Below are positions 51,550-61,136 of a DNA stretch of 64,000 bases, piece after piece. The DNA lies in assembly GCA_963771355.1 (NCBI GenBank), contig CAVYTA010000005.1:480001-544000 (forward strand), read 5' to 3'. Source of the DNA: an uncultured Candidatus Rokubacteria bacterium (GTDB taxonomy: Bacteria; Methylomirabilota; Methylomirabilia; Rokubacteriales; CSP1-6). The position numbers and the translations under genes were made by a program. The notes beneath the pieces are model-generated. The model was not told the origin of the DNA. It saw only the letters and a program-made list of their open reading frames with translations, and did not search any database. The first letter of the stretch is position 1; every line of letters starts with the position of its first letter.

Positions 51550-51611
51550 CCTCGCTCCGCTCGGACCCCATCATGTATCCGCTCGCCTCGCCTTCGGCTG
51601 CGGCTCGCCAA
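51550..51611. repeat. short copy of the REP-like element
   Basis: CCTCGCTCCGCTCGGA..CATCATGTATCCGCTC...GGCTGCGGCTCGCCAA is shared with 34022-34122. Confidence 0.85.
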
Positions 51612-52107
51612 ACTCGCCCTCGAGCTCGTCGAGGCATTCGGCGAGCAGCGCAAAGGCGGCGCGCGTGAAGGCCCACATATTGGCCTCGCGGTCCGCTCGC
51701 CCCGTCTCGATGGTGCGGGAGCGCTCGAGGGGACCGGTCACCGCGATGCAGCTATGGCCGGCGGCGTCGCCGTAGCGGTTGCCGGTGGGGCCGGCGGCGC
51801 CGGTCTCGCCGAGCCCCCAGGTAGTGCCGAGCCCCTCACGGATGGTGCGCGCGTTGAGGAGCGCGGACGCCTCGGTGCTGGATCGGATGCCGCGCACTGC
51901 GTCGTCCGGAATCGCGAGCAGCCGGCGCCGCGCGGCCTGGGTGTAGATCACGCCGCCGCCGAGAAAATACTTGGAGGCGCCCGGAATGGACAGGAGCGCG
52001 GCCGAGATGAGACCGCCGGTGGAGGATTCGGACACGGCCACGGTGTCGCCCCGCGCGACCAGGCGCGCGGCGAGGGGGGCGCAGAGACCGGCCAGGAGCT
52101 CGGGCAC
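51571..52107 (-). CDS. CinA/PncC family protein
   Basis: SESSTGG, GAS.YF.GG..Y, TGAAGP; leaderless TGCTATCCT lies 7 nt before the GTG. Confidence 0.85.
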   Translation of the reverse strand: MPELLAGLCAPLAARLVARGDTVAVSESSTGGLISAALLSIPGASKYFLGGGVIYTQAARRRLLAIPDDAVRGIRSSTEASALLNARTIREGLGTTWGLGETGAAGPTGNRYGDAAGHSCIAVTGPLERSRTIETGRADREANMWAFTRAAFALLAECLDELEGEFGEPQPKARRADT

Positions 52108-52197
52108 GGCGTGGAGGATAGCACGGGGCTTGCCGCCGCGCCCGCGCTTCCCCTATGATCGCGGGGCACTCCTCACCACTCGCCACGGAGGCCACAC

Positions 52198-53022
52198 ATG
52201 GGTCAGCTGGACGGCAAGATCGCCATCGTCACCGGCTCCGGTCGCGGCATCGGGCGCGAGGTCGCGCTCCGCGTGGCGCGGGACGGCGCCAACGTCGTGG
52301 TCAACGATCTCGACGACGAGCCCGCTCGCGAGACCATCGCGCTCATCGAGAAGCTCGGCCGCAAGGCCGTGGCCTGCGTGGGCAACGTCACCGCGACGGA
52401 TTTCGGCGACCGCATCGTGGACACCGCGGTGAAACAGCTCGGCGGCGTGCACGTGATCGTGAACAACGCCGGCTACACCTGGGACAACGTCATCCAGAAG
52501 ATGACCGACGAGCAGTGGTACACCATCATCGACGTCCACGTGACCGCGCCCTTCCGCATTCTCCGCGCCTTCGCCAACTACATCCGGCCGGTAGTCGAGG
52601 CGGAGACCAAGGCCGGCCAGCGCGTCGTCCGGAAGATCGTGAACGTGTCGTCCACCTCCGGCACCAACGGCAATGCCGGGCAGGTGAACTACTCGGCGGG
52701 CAAGGCGGCCATGGTCGGGGTGACCAAGACCCTGGCCAAGGAGTGGGGCCGCTACAACGTCACCGTGAACTGCGTGGCCTTCGGCTATATCCAGACGCGG
52801 CTCACCCAGCCGCTCGCCGAGGGTGAGGCCGGCACCATCGAGGTGGACGGGCGCAAGGTGCGCGTGGGCGTCCAGGGCTCGCGCATCGCAGCCATGAACC
52901 AGACCATTCCCCTCGGCCGCGGCGGCACGCCCGCGGAGGCGGCGGGCGCCATCTATCTTTTCTGCAGTCCCGACTCCGACTACGTGAGCGGACAGACCCT
53001 GGTCGTGACGGGCGGCGTTTGA
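52198..53022 (+). CDS. SDR, 3-oxoacyl-ACP reductase-like
   Basis: TGSGRGIG, NNAG, YSAGK. Confidence 0.9.
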   Translation: MGQLDGKIAIVTGSGRGIGREVALRVARDGANVVVNDLDDEPARETIALIEKLGRKAVACVGNVTATDFGDRIVDTAVKQLGGVHVIVNNAGYTWDNVIQKMTDEQWYTIIDVHVTAPFRILRAFANYIRPVVEAETKAGQRVVRKIVNVSSTSGTNGNAGQVNYSAGKAAMVGVTKTLAKEWGRYNVTVNCVAFGYIQTRLTQPLAEGEAGTIEVDGRKVRVGVQGSRIAAMNQTIPLGRGGTPAEAAGAIYLFCSPDSDYVSGQTLVVTGGV

Positions 53023-53930
53023 TGGCGCGCAAGCCGGCGCTCAGTCTCGCCGCGGTGCCGGGACGGCGGAGCGCGACGCTCGAGCTGGCGCAGCGGATCG
53101 AGAAGGAAGGCTACGCCGGCATCTATTGCCCCAGCATGAACGACGGCCTCGCCCTCTGCGAGGCGCTCGCCCAGGCGACGAAGACCATCCCCTTCGGCAC
53201 CAGCATCGCCAATATCTACACGCGTCACGCCTCGGACTTCGCGAACACCGCCTCCTTCGTGCACGAGATCTCGGGCGGGCGCTTCCGCTTCGGGATCGGC
53301 GTGAGCCACGGGCCCGCGCATCAGCGGCTGGGCGTGAAGCCGGGGAAGCCCCTGGACGACATCCGGAAGTTCGTGGCCGACCTCCGTGAAGGGGCCAAGA
53401 CCGCGGGTGAGCTGCCCCCGGTGGTCCTGGCGACGCTACGCCAGAAGATGGTGGCGCTCTCGGCCGAGATCGCGCAGGGGGCGGTGTGGGCCAATGCCGC
53501 CCGCTCGCACATGGCGGCCTCGCTGCGCCATCTGCCGGAGGCGAAGCGAAAGGATCCCGCCTTCTTCATCGGCAACATGGTCCCCACGGTGGTGTCCGAC
53601 GACCGTGCCGCCGCGGCGGCGGTGAACCGCAAGACCCTCGTCAACTACGTCAGGCTCCCCAACTACCAGAACTACTGGATCGAGGCGGGCTTCGAGGAGG
53701 AGATGCTGGCCATCCGCAAGGCCATCGCCGCACGCGAGGACGATCGCATCCCCTCGCTGATGTCCGATCGCTGGCTGCGCGAGGTGACGCTGTTCGGGTC
53801 CGCCGCGGAAGTGCGCGAGGGCATCGAGGCCTGGTATGCGGCCGGGGTGAATACCCTCATCGTCGTTCCCTCGTCCACCAAGGGCGGCCAGATGGTCGCC
53901 TTCCAGGAAATCATGGAGGCCCTCCGCTGA
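53022..53930 (+). CDS. LLM-class flavin-dependent oxidoreductase
   Basis: GTSIANIYTR, SGGRFRFGIGVSH. Confidence 0.85.
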   Translation: MARKPALSLAAVPGRRSATLELAQRIEKEGYAGIYCPSMNDGLALCEALAQATKTIPFGTSIANIYTRHASDFANTASFVHEISGGRFRFGIGVSHGPAHQRLGVKPGKPLDDIRKFVADLREGAKTAGELPPVVLATLRQKMVALSAEIAQGAVWANAARSHMAASLRHLPEAKRKDPAFFIGNMVPTVVSDDRAAAAAVNRKTLVNYVRLPNYQNYWIEAGFEEEMLAIRKAIAAREDDRIPSLMSDRWLREVTLFGSAAEVREGIEAWYAAGVNTLIVVPSSTKGGQMVAFQEIMEALR

Positions 53931-54568
53931 TGAACGCCCCCGCCGTCGACACCTCCCGGCTCAGCATGCCGCTGTCCGAGGCCATCTTCACCCAGCGCGC
54001 GATCCGGCGCTTCCGGCCCGACCCCATCCCGACCGCGGATCTCCGGCTCATCATCGAGGCGGCGGTGCGGGCGCCCAACGGCGGCAATCAGCAGGTCGGC
54101 CGCTTCCTGGTCCTCACCGACCGCGCGGTGATCCGCGAGTTCGGCGCGCTGTACCGCGAGGCCTGGTGGGCCAAGCGCTGGGACGACCACAAGTGGACCA
54201 AGCCGGAAGACATCCCGCCCGACAACAAGAACTATCGCTCGGCCATGGGCCTGGCGGAGTCCATGAAGGACGCGCCCTGCGTGGTGCTGGCCTTCTCGAC
54301 CGGATCGGGGGGCGCCAACTCCGTGATCCCCGCGGTGCAGAACCTGATGCTGGCCGCGCGCGCGCTGGGGATCGGCTCGGTGCCCACCACGCTGCACGCC
54401 AAGGTGATGGACCGCGTGAACACCCTGCTGAGCATCCCCAAGGACGCGACCTTCCAGTTCTGCGTGCCACTCGGGTATCCGCAGGGATCCTTCGGGCCCA
54501 ATAACCGCCGGCCCACCGCGGAGACCACCTTCCTCGACCGCTGGGGCGGCGCGGTGCCCTGGAAGTAG
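53930..54568 (+). CDS. nitroreductase family protein
   Basis: QRAIRRF, APNGGNQQ, QNLMLAARALGIG, PLGYP. Confidence 0.9.
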   Translation: MNAPAVDTSRLSMPLSEAIFTQRAIRRFRPDPIPTADLRLIIEAAVRAPNGGNQQVGRFLVLTDRAVIREFGALYREAWWAKRWDDHKWTKPEDIPPDNKNYRSAMGLAESMKDAPCVVLAFSTGSGGANSVIPAVQNLMLAARALGIGSVPTTLHAKVMDRVNTLLSIPKDATFQFCVPLGYPQGSFGPNNRRPTAETTFLDRWGGAVPWK

Positions 54569-54582
54569 GAGAGCGCCTCCCG

Positions 54583-55467
54583 ATGCCCACGCCTGTCTTC
54601 CTCGACTACGATCGCGAGGCGCTGGACCGCGAGTACAACAACCGCGCCAAGGTGCCGAACGCGCTGGAGATGCTCGACGGCTTCACGCGCGAGAGCGCCG
54701 AGGCGCGCGCGGTGCTGCTGTCCCGCCTCGACCTCGCCTACGGCGCGCATCCGGGGGAGCGGCTGGATGCCTTCGCGCCCACCACCCCGCCGCCGGGCGG
54801 AGGCGGAGCGCCCATCCACCTCTTCATCCACGGCGGCTACTGGCAGTGGCTCGACAAGGCCGACTTCAGCTTCGTGGCGCGTGCGTTCGCGCCGGCGGGC
54901 GCCATCACCGTGGTGATCAACTATGCCCTGATGCCCGCCGTCTCCATGGACGAGCTGGTGCGGCAGTGCCGCGCCGCCGCGGCGTGGACGTTCCGCAACG
55001 CGCCGTCGCTCGGCGGTGACCCCGAGCGGCTCTTCGTCTCCGGCCACTCGGCGGGGGGCCATCTCACCGCCATGCTCCTGGCCACTGACTGGCCGCGCTT
55101 CGAGGCGGGGCTTCCGCCGGGGCTGGTCAAGGGGGGCGTGGCTCTCAGCGGGCTTTACGATCTGGAGCCCATCCGCCTCTGCTATCTCAACGACGCGCTG
55201 AAGCTCTCGCCCGAGGCCGCGCGGCGCCATAGCCCCATTCACCTCCGACCCGCGCATCCGCGCCCGCTGCTGCTCGCGGTGGGTGGCCTCGAGGGCCCGG
55301 AATATCACCGGCAGGTGGAGGCGCTCGCCGCGCCCTGGCGAGCCCAGGGGATGCCCATCGAGGTGCTGGACCAAGCGGGCCACGATCACTTCACCATCGT
55401 GATGCAGCTCGCCGATCCCGATTCTCCGCTCAGTCGCGCCGCGCGCGCCCAGATGGGACTCGCCTAG
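54583..55467 (+). CDS. alpha/beta hydrolase (arylformamidase-like)
   Basis: HGGYW, GHSAGG, SG.YDL, DHF. Confidence 0.88.
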   Translation: MPTPVFLDYDREALDREYNNRAKVPNALEMLDGFTRESAEARAVLLSRLDLAYGAHPGERLDAFAPTTPPPGGGGAPIHLFIHGGYWQWLDKADFSFVARAFAPAGAITVVINYALMPAVSMDELVRQCRAAAAWTFRNAPSLGGDPERLFVSGHSAGGHLTAMLLATDWPRFEAGLPPGLVKGGVALSGLYDLEPIRLCYLNDALKLSPEAARRHSPIHLRPAHPRPLLLAVGGLEGPEYHRQVEALAAPWRAQGMPIEVLDQAGHDHFTIVMQLADPDSPLSRAARAQMGLA

Positions 55468-55481
55468 GCTGTCGCCACCGG

Positions 55482-55865
55482 CTACTTCTGGACTTCCAGC
55501 TTGACCTTGGCTTTCCCCGCCCTCACGAATCCGAGCTCCTCGGCCGCGTGCCGCGTGACATCGATCACCGCCGTGGTCGAGGCGGCCATGCGGTCGTTGA
55601 TGGTGACCACGACGCTCTTGCCATTCGCGACATTTCTCACCTTCACCTTGGTCCCAAAGGGGAGCTTCTTGTGGGCCGCCGTGAGCCCGTTCTTGCGGTA
55701 GATGTCCCCGCTGGCCGTCCTCTTTCCTTCGAACTTGTCGCTGTAGAAAGTGGCGACACCCGCCTCGCCGGTCCGAGCGGTGGCACTGTCCGCCATCGAC
55801 ACCGTCACGAGCATCACGAGGAGGGTCATCATCCTCGGTGACGGACTCCTGCCCCGAGCGTTCAT
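55482..55865 (-). CDS. rlpA: RlpA-like lytic transglycosylase (DPBB domain only)
   Basis: TASG, TAAHKKLPFGT, INDR, IDV. Confidence 0.85.
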   Translation of the reverse strand: MNARGRSPSPRMMTLLVMLVTVSMADSATARTGEAGVATFYSDKFEGKRTASGDIYRKNGLTAAHKKLPFGTKVKVRNVANGKSVVVTINDRMAASTTAVIDVTRHAAEELGFVRAGKAKVKLEVQK

Positions 55866-56908
55866 CGCGGGCTCGTGTCCTCCGCGCGCGCGAGCCTGAT
55901 GAGGCGGGCGAGGGTGGCGAGGCGCTCGTCGAGCGTCCGCCCCGCGGGCTCGACGCGCAAGGTCGTGATGCCCGCCGCGCGGTAGGCGGCGAGCCGCGCC
56001 CGCACCATGGCCTCGGTGCCGATGAGATTGGTCTTGAGCACGAGCTCGTCGGGCACGCGCGCGGTCGCCTCGTCGCGACGGCCGGCCAGCCAGAGGCGCT
56101 GCACCTCCTCCGCGGTGTCGACGTAGCCCGCCCGGCGAAAGGCGTCGTTGTAGAAGTTGTGCCGCGCCGAGCCCATGGCCCCCAGCGTGAAGGCTAGTCC
56201 CGGCCGCCGCTCGGCGATCAGCTCCTCCACGTGGTCGCCGAAGGCCACGGTGCCGCCCGCCTGGAGGTCGAGGTCGGCCAGCGTACGCCCGGCGCGTGCC
56301 GCCCCGCGGGCGAGGGGATCGAGGAACACGCCTGCGTGCTCGGGCATGAAGGAGGTGCCGAGCCAGCCGTCCGCGACCTCGCCGGTGAACTCGAGACTCT
56401 TCGGCGATAGCGTGGCCAGGTACACGGGAATGGGCGGCACCGCGCGCGCGCCCGAGCGGAGAGCTTTGCCCTCGCCGCCGGGGAGGGGAAGCTGGTACAC
56501 CTGGCCCTGGTAGGTGAGCCGCTCGCCGCGCGCCACCAGCCGGACGATCTCGATGATCTCGCGCATCCGCTGCACCGGCCGGTCGAAGACGATGCCGTGC
56601 CAGCCCTCGATCACCTGCGGGCCGCTCACCCCCAGCCCCAGCACGAAGCGGTGGTTCGACATCGCGGAGAGGCTCATGGCCGTCATCGCCACCAGCGCCG
56701 GCGTCCGCGTGCCCGCCTGCATGATGCCGGTGCCGAGCCGGAGGCGGGTGGTGCGCGCGGCGAGATAGGCCAGCGGCGTGACCGCGTCGTGCCCCCACGC
56801 CTCCGCCGACCACACGTCGTCGGCGCCCAGGCGCTCCGCCTCCTCCACGTAGGTGGCGGCGGTGGGCCAATCGTCGACCGCGAGCCGCTTGGAGATCGCG
56901 ATTCGCAC
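55862..56908 (-). CDS. LLM-class (F420-dependent-like) oxidoreductase
   Basis: AEAWG.D, GTGI, LGLGVSGPQVIEGWHG. Confidence 0.88.
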   Translation of the reverse strand: MRIAISKRLAVDDWPTAATYVEEAERLGADDVWSAEAWGHDAVTPLAYLAARTTRLRLGTGIMQAGTRTPALVAMTAMSLSAMSNHRFVLGLGVSGPQVIEGWHGIVFDRPVQRMREIIEIVRLVARGERLTYQGQVYQLPLPGGEGKALRSGARAVPPIPVYLATLSPKSLEFTGEVADGWLGTSFMPEHAGVFLDPLARGAARAGRTLADLDLQAGGTVAFGDHVEELIAERRPGLAFTLGAMGSARHNFYNDAFRRAGYVDTAEEVQRLWLAGRRDEATARVPDELVLKTNLIGTEAMVRARLAAYRAAGITTLRVEPAGRTLDERLATLARLIRLARAEDTSPR

Positions 56909-56943
56909 GGGATGGCGCCCGCGCTCAGGCCAGCGAGGCGGCG
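56895..56943. repeat. 49-bp direct repeat, copy 1
   Basis: 44/49 identical to 58382-58430. Confidence 0.85.
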
Positions 56944-56996
56944 CCGTCGAGGCGGATGCCGCGGCCGAAGTAGCGGCTCGGGAATTCGATGTTCAT
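56925..56996 (-). pseudogene. collapsed in-frame relic of the dinB gene (23 aa)
   Basis: MNIEFPSRYFGRGIRLDGAASLA* matches the start, middle and end of 58412..58921. Confidence 0.7.
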
Positions 56997-57004
56997 GAGT
57001 CCGA

Positions 57005-57295
57005 CTACCGACTGCCCTCGCAGAGGTACACATCGGCGGTCATGTAGTCTTGGAGCCCGAAGTACCCGCCTTTCGACTTCCGCTCCGGTGTCAACAGAGC
57101 AACATTGCCACCCAGCCGCGCCGCCTTTTTCTGAAGATCGTCGAGCTCGTTGTCGGCAACGGTGCCAAGCACGCGGCAGCCGCGAACCCGATTCTCGTCA
57201 TTGACGACAAGCACGGCGACGGGTGTTGTCGTCGACGCGCACCCCGCCAGGACCAGCGTCGATAGATACGCTGACACAATCCATCTCGTGCTCAT
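57005..57295 (-). CDS. small lipoprotein, hypothetical
   Basis: Lipobox LAG-C; C..LG.V......L..KAA.LGGN...Y.C pattern; RBS AAGAGG. Confidence 0.75.
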   Translation of the reverse strand: MSTRWIVSAYLSTLVLAGCASTTTPVAVLVVNDENRVRGCRVLGTVADNELDDLQKKAARLGGNVALLTPERKSKGGYFGLQDYMTADVYLCEGSR

Positions 57296-57379
57296 CACCG
57301 AGTCCTCTTTGTCATCGTGTGTGGCACTCCTTGGTTGGGGGCGGCAAGATGTCACCCGCCGCGATGTTTTCCTCGGCCG

Positions 57380-58366
57380 TCACTGGATCACCTGGTCTGC
57401 CTGCAGCAGGAGCGATGGCGGGATGGCCAGACCGAGCGCCCTGGCCGTCTTGAGGTTAATGATCAAGTCGAACTTGGTCGCCTGGGCGATGGGAAGGTCC
57501 CCCGCCCGGGCACCCTTGAGAATCTTGTCGACGTACCCGGCGGCCGCCCGGAAGTTCTCAACCAGGTTCGGGCCATAGCACATGAGGCCGCCGTCATCCA
57601 CCGCTTCGCGGAAAGCATACATGGCGGGAAGCCGACGGCTGGCGGCAAAGGCTACGATCGGCTTCCGGTGAGCGTTGGTGACGGAGTCGGGGAGTAGCAG
57701 GAGGCCGTTGGCCCGCTCTCGGGTGATCGCGTCGAACGCCTTCGGCAAATCCTCAGGCCCTCGCACGTCGAGGAGCTGGAGGCCGACCTTGAGTGTCGCG
57801 CCCGCGGCCTCGGTGGCGGCCCGCCCTTCCCGGTGGAGCTGGTTCGCCGAGCTCCAGAGCACCGCGACGCGCGAGGCGGCCGGCACCGCCTCCTTCAGAA
57901 ACTGCAGTCCCTTCCCGCTCATCTCGACATTGAGCAGCGAGACGCCGGTGATGTTCCCTCCGGGGCGCCCCAGGCTGGGTACGATCCCCGTCCCCACGGG
58001 GTCGCCGACGGCCGCGAGGACGATCGGGATGGTCCGTGTCGCGTTCTTCGCGGCCATCCCGCCCTGGGTGGAGGCCGTGACGAAGATATCTGGTCGACCG
58101 GCGACCAGCTCGGCGGCCAGCGCGGGAAGGCGGTCGATCTGGGCCCCTGCGCTGCGGAAGTCGATCACGAGGTTGCGGCCCTCCACGTAGCCCAGCTCGG
58201 CCAGCCGCTGCTCCAGAGCGCGAACCGGGGCGTCCGAGCGCAGGATGCCGGCGGTGAGCACCGCGATCCGCCAGACCTTGCTCGGCGCTTGCGCCTCCGC
58301 GGCGAGCGGAGCGATCAGAAGCAGAAATGCCGGGACGACCAGCCGAGCGATGCCACGTTTCATCAT
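57380..58366 (-). CDS. orphan ABC substrate-binding protein (ABC_sub_bind family)
   Basis: LGYVEGRN, DPVG.G...SL.RPGGNITG, GGLMCYGP, KILKGA...LP, INLKTA.ALG. Confidence 0.9.
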   Translation of the reverse strand: MMKRGIARLVVPAFLLLIAPLAAEAQAPSKVWRIAVLTAGILRSDAPVRALEQRLAELGYVEGRNLVIDFRSAGAQIDRLPALAAELVAGRPDIFVTASTQGGMAAKNATRTIPIVLAAVGDPVGTGIVPSLGRPGGNITGVSLLNVEMSGKGLQFLKEAVPAASRVAVLWSSANQLHREGRAATEAAGATLKVGLQLLDVRGPEDLPKAFDAITRERANGLLLLPDSVTNAHRKPIVAFAASRRLPAMYAFREAVDDGGLMCYGPNLVENFRAAAGYVDKILKGARAGDLPIAQATKFDLIINLKTARALGLAIPPSLLLQADQVIQ

Positions 58367-58381
58367 GTCCGGCTAACTCGA

Positions 58382-58430
58382 ATCGCCGTGCGCACGGGGT
58401 GGCGCCCGCGCTCAGGCCAGCGCGGCGGCG
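58382..58430. repeat. 49-bp direct repeat, copy 2
   Basis: Covers the dinB 3' end, the spacer and a vestigial LLM start (VRTAI versus VRIAI). Confidence 0.85.
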
Positions 58431-58921
58431 ATCTTCCCCAGCTGCCCGGCGTGGTCGAGATCGTGGAGCCGCATGAAGAGAAGCGTCTCGCGCCAGTTGA
58501 GCGGCCCGAACATGGGATGCTCCACGGTCTCCGTGAGCCGGACGCCCGGGTCGGCGGCGAGCGCGCGCGCGAAGAGCGTCTCGCGGTCGGCGGCGAGGAT
58601 CCGCTCCCACTCGCCGGGCGGGTGGACGGGCGCTCCCGCGGGATCCTCGCGCGGCGGGCGCGCGGGCACGGCGGTGCCGTCGAGGATGGCGAGGATGCCA
58701 CCGCCGAAGTAGCGGCCGGCGCCCACCACGTGGGCGAGCACCTCGTTGCCCGACCATTCCTCGGGCGCGGGGCGCTCGGTCCAGCGGGCCACCGGCACCG
58801 CGCGGGCCGCCGCGTGCAGGTCCGCCATGGCGGCGCGCACCTTGTCCACGATGTCGGCGGGCTCGAGCTTGGCGCCTTGCGCGCGCAGATAGCCCCGGAT
58901 GCGCTGGAATTCCTCGTTCAC
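58412..58921 (-). CDS. DinB family protein
   Basis: WS..EVLAH, HP.FG, H.LDH. Confidence 0.85.
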   Translation of the reverse strand: MNEEFQRIRGYLRAQGAKLEPADIVDKVRAAMADLHAAARAVPVARWTERPAPEEWSGNEVLAHVVGAGRYFGGGILAILDGTAVPARPPREDPAGAPVHPPGEWERILAADRETLFARALAADPGVRLTETVEHPMFGPLNWRETLLFMRLHDLDHAGQLGKIAAALA

Positions 58922-61128
58922 CGCACCGCCTCTATCTCGACGAGGCACGAGTTGTAGGTGGTGGCCCCGCAGGGCGCCGCCCGATCCTCGGTGAGGACAT
59001 TGGCGGCGCCGCGCGTGTCGGTGCCGCCGGCGTCGGGCGTGAACCAGGCGCCTTCCTTGATCGACACCACTCCGGGCGCGATGCGGTCGGTGACCCGCGC
59101 CGGCAGCACGGTGGCGCCGCGGTCGTTGAAGACGCGCGCGGGCTGCCCGTCGGCGATGCCGCGCGCGGCGGCGTCGGCGGGATGGATCCAGACGTCCTGC
59201 GGATCCGCGCGCGACAGGATGGGCTGGTTGTCGTGCGTGGAGTGCGTGCGCGCGCGCGACTTGGGCGACACGCACTGCAGCGGATGGCGCGGGTCGACCG
59301 GATGCGGCGGGAGCCAGGTCGGGATGGGCGGGATCGGGCCGAGCCCGCAGGGATCCGGATTCGCGGCCAGGGCCGCGGAGTAAATCTCGATCTTGCCCGA
59401 GGGCGTCGAGAAGGGATGCGCGACGGGGTCGCGCGCTTCCGCGGCGAAGGCCACCGGCTCGGCGGGAGCGGAGAGACGCGCCAGTCCCGCGGCGCGGAAG
59501 GCCTCCCAGTCGTCGATCTCGGGGCCGGCCAGCTCGCGCAGCCACTGGTCCTCGGTCTTGTCGTCGTCCGTGGCCAGCCCGAGACGGCGGGCCAGATCGG
59601 CGCAGATGTCCCGGTCGTTGCGGCACTCGCCCATGGGCGCGATGGCCTGCTTCATGTAGATGACGTAGTGGCCGCTGCCGCTCCACGGCGTGTGCACGTC
59701 ATTGCGCTCCCAGAAGGTGGTGGCGGGGAGCACGATGTCGGCGAACCGCGCGGTGGGGGTCAGGAAGTGATCGTGCACCACCATGAAGTCGAGCCCTTCG
59801 AGGGCGGCCACCGTCTTGCCGATATTGGGGAGCTGGTTCACGAGGTCGCCGCACACGGAGTAGACCAGCTTGATGTCGGCCGGATAGCCACCCGCGCGGC
59901 CGCGCGCCAGGAGATCGGCGAAGAGCGGGGACGCCACGCGCGACTGCGCGGGACTGGGCCCGGCTCCCAGGCGCTTGGCGCCGTGATTGCGCGCGCCCCC
60001 GCTGCAGCCGCTGCTGCCGCCCGGAATGCCCACGTTGCCGGTGAGCGCGGCGAGCGCAAAGGCGGCGCGGTGGAACTGCTCGCCGTAGGCGGTGCGGCCG
60101 GGCGCATAGCCGCACTGCAGCGCGGCCGGCTTCGCGGTGGCGAAGTCGCGCGCGAGCCGGCGGATGGTGGCGGCGGGCACGCCCGTCAAGGGCTCCGCCC
60201 ACTCCGGCGTCTTGCGCACCCCGTCGGCGGCGCCCTCGAGATAGGCCCGGTAGGACGCGCCCGGGGGCGCGCCCGCGGGCAGGTGCGCCTCGTCGAAGCC
60301 CACCACGCAGCGGTCGAGGAAGGCCTGGTCGTGCCGCCCCTCGCTCACGATCACCTCCGCCATCGCGATCAGCATGGCGGCGTCCGTGCCCGGGCGGATG
60401 GCGATGTGCTCATCGGCGATCTGCCGGCTCGTCCGCGTCACCCGCGGGTCCACGCAGATCATCCGGACGCCACCCGCTTTGGCGCGCTGGAGATATTGCA
60501 TGGTGCCGGTGCCGAAGTGCCCGTCCCCGGGGCTCCAGCCCCAGAGCAGCATGAGCCGCGAGTTGACGTAGTCGCCGGGCTCGCGGCCGGAGAACTTGCA
60601 GTCGGCGGCGGGGCCGTAGGTGTGGCGGATGGCGAAGATCTCGGCCTCGTTGGAGAGATTGGACCAGAGCTCGGTGCAGCCGCCCAGCCGGTTGAGCAGC
60701 CGGGGCAGCGAGGATCGGTTGTGGAGCGCGGCGGTGCTCCCGGTGCGCGAGCAGTCGAGGATGGCGGCGGGGCCGTGGGCGTCGACCACTCGGCGCAGCG
60801 CCGCCGCCACTGCGTCGAGGGCCTCGTCCCATGAGATGCGCTCGAACCCGCCCCCGCCGCGCGGTCCCACGCGGCGGAGCGGATGCAGCAAGCGGTCCGG
60901 ATGATTCACGCGCTCCGCCGCCCCGAAGCCGCGCACGCAGGCATGCAGCGGCGGCGTGTCCGGGGTCCAGGGCCGCGGGTCGGTGCTGATGCGCGCGATG
61001 CGGCCGTCCACCACGTGCGCGTTGACCACGCAGCGCCCGCCGCAGTTGTGCGCGCAGGTGGACGTGACCACCGTCTCGCCGGGGCGGCCGGCGGGGCGGG
61101 GCGTCTCGTAGGTGGTGCGGGGAGTCAC
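58918..61128 (-). CDS. molybdopterin oxidoreductase, DMSO-reductase family catalytic subunit
   Basis: CAHNCGGRC...C Fe-S motif, ISWDEA, IRPGTD, ADIVLP, RTHS; no Tat leader. Confidence 0.9.
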   Translation of the reverse strand: MTPRTTYETPRPAGRPGETVVTSTCAHNCGGRCVVNAHVVDGRIARISTDPRPWTPDTPPLHACVRGFGAAERVNHPDRLLHPLRRVGPRGGGGFERISWDEALDAVAAALRRVVDAHGPAAILDCSRTGSTAALHNRSSLPRLLNRLGGCTELWSNLSNEAEIFAIRHTYGPAADCKFSGREPGDYVNSRLMLLWGWSPGDGHFGTGTMQYLQRAKAGGVRMICVDPRVTRTSRQIADEHIAIRPGTDAAMLIAMAEVIVSEGRHDQAFLDRCVVGFDEAHLPAGAPPGASYRAYLEGAADGVRKTPEWAEPLTGVPAATIRRLARDFATAKPAALQCGYAPGRTAYGEQFHRAAFALAALTGNVGIPGGSSGCSGGARNHGAKRLGAGPSPAQSRVASPLFADLLARGRAGGYPADIKLVYSVCGDLVNQLPNIGKTVAALEGLDFMVVHDHFLTPTARFADIVLPATTFWERNDVHTPWSGSGHYVIYMKQAIAPMGECRNDRDICADLARRLGLATDDDKTEDQWLRELAGPEIDDWEAFRAAGLARLSAPAEPVAFAAEARDPVAHPFSTPSGKIEIYSAALAANPDPCGLGPIPPIPTWLPPHPVDPRHPLQCVSPKSRARTHSTHDNQPILSRADPQDVWIHPADAAARGIADGQPARVFNDRGATVLPARVTDRIAPGVVSIKEGAWFTPDAGGTDTRGAANVLTEDRAAPCGATTYNSCLVEIEAVR

Positions 61129-61136
61129 CCGGCGGC

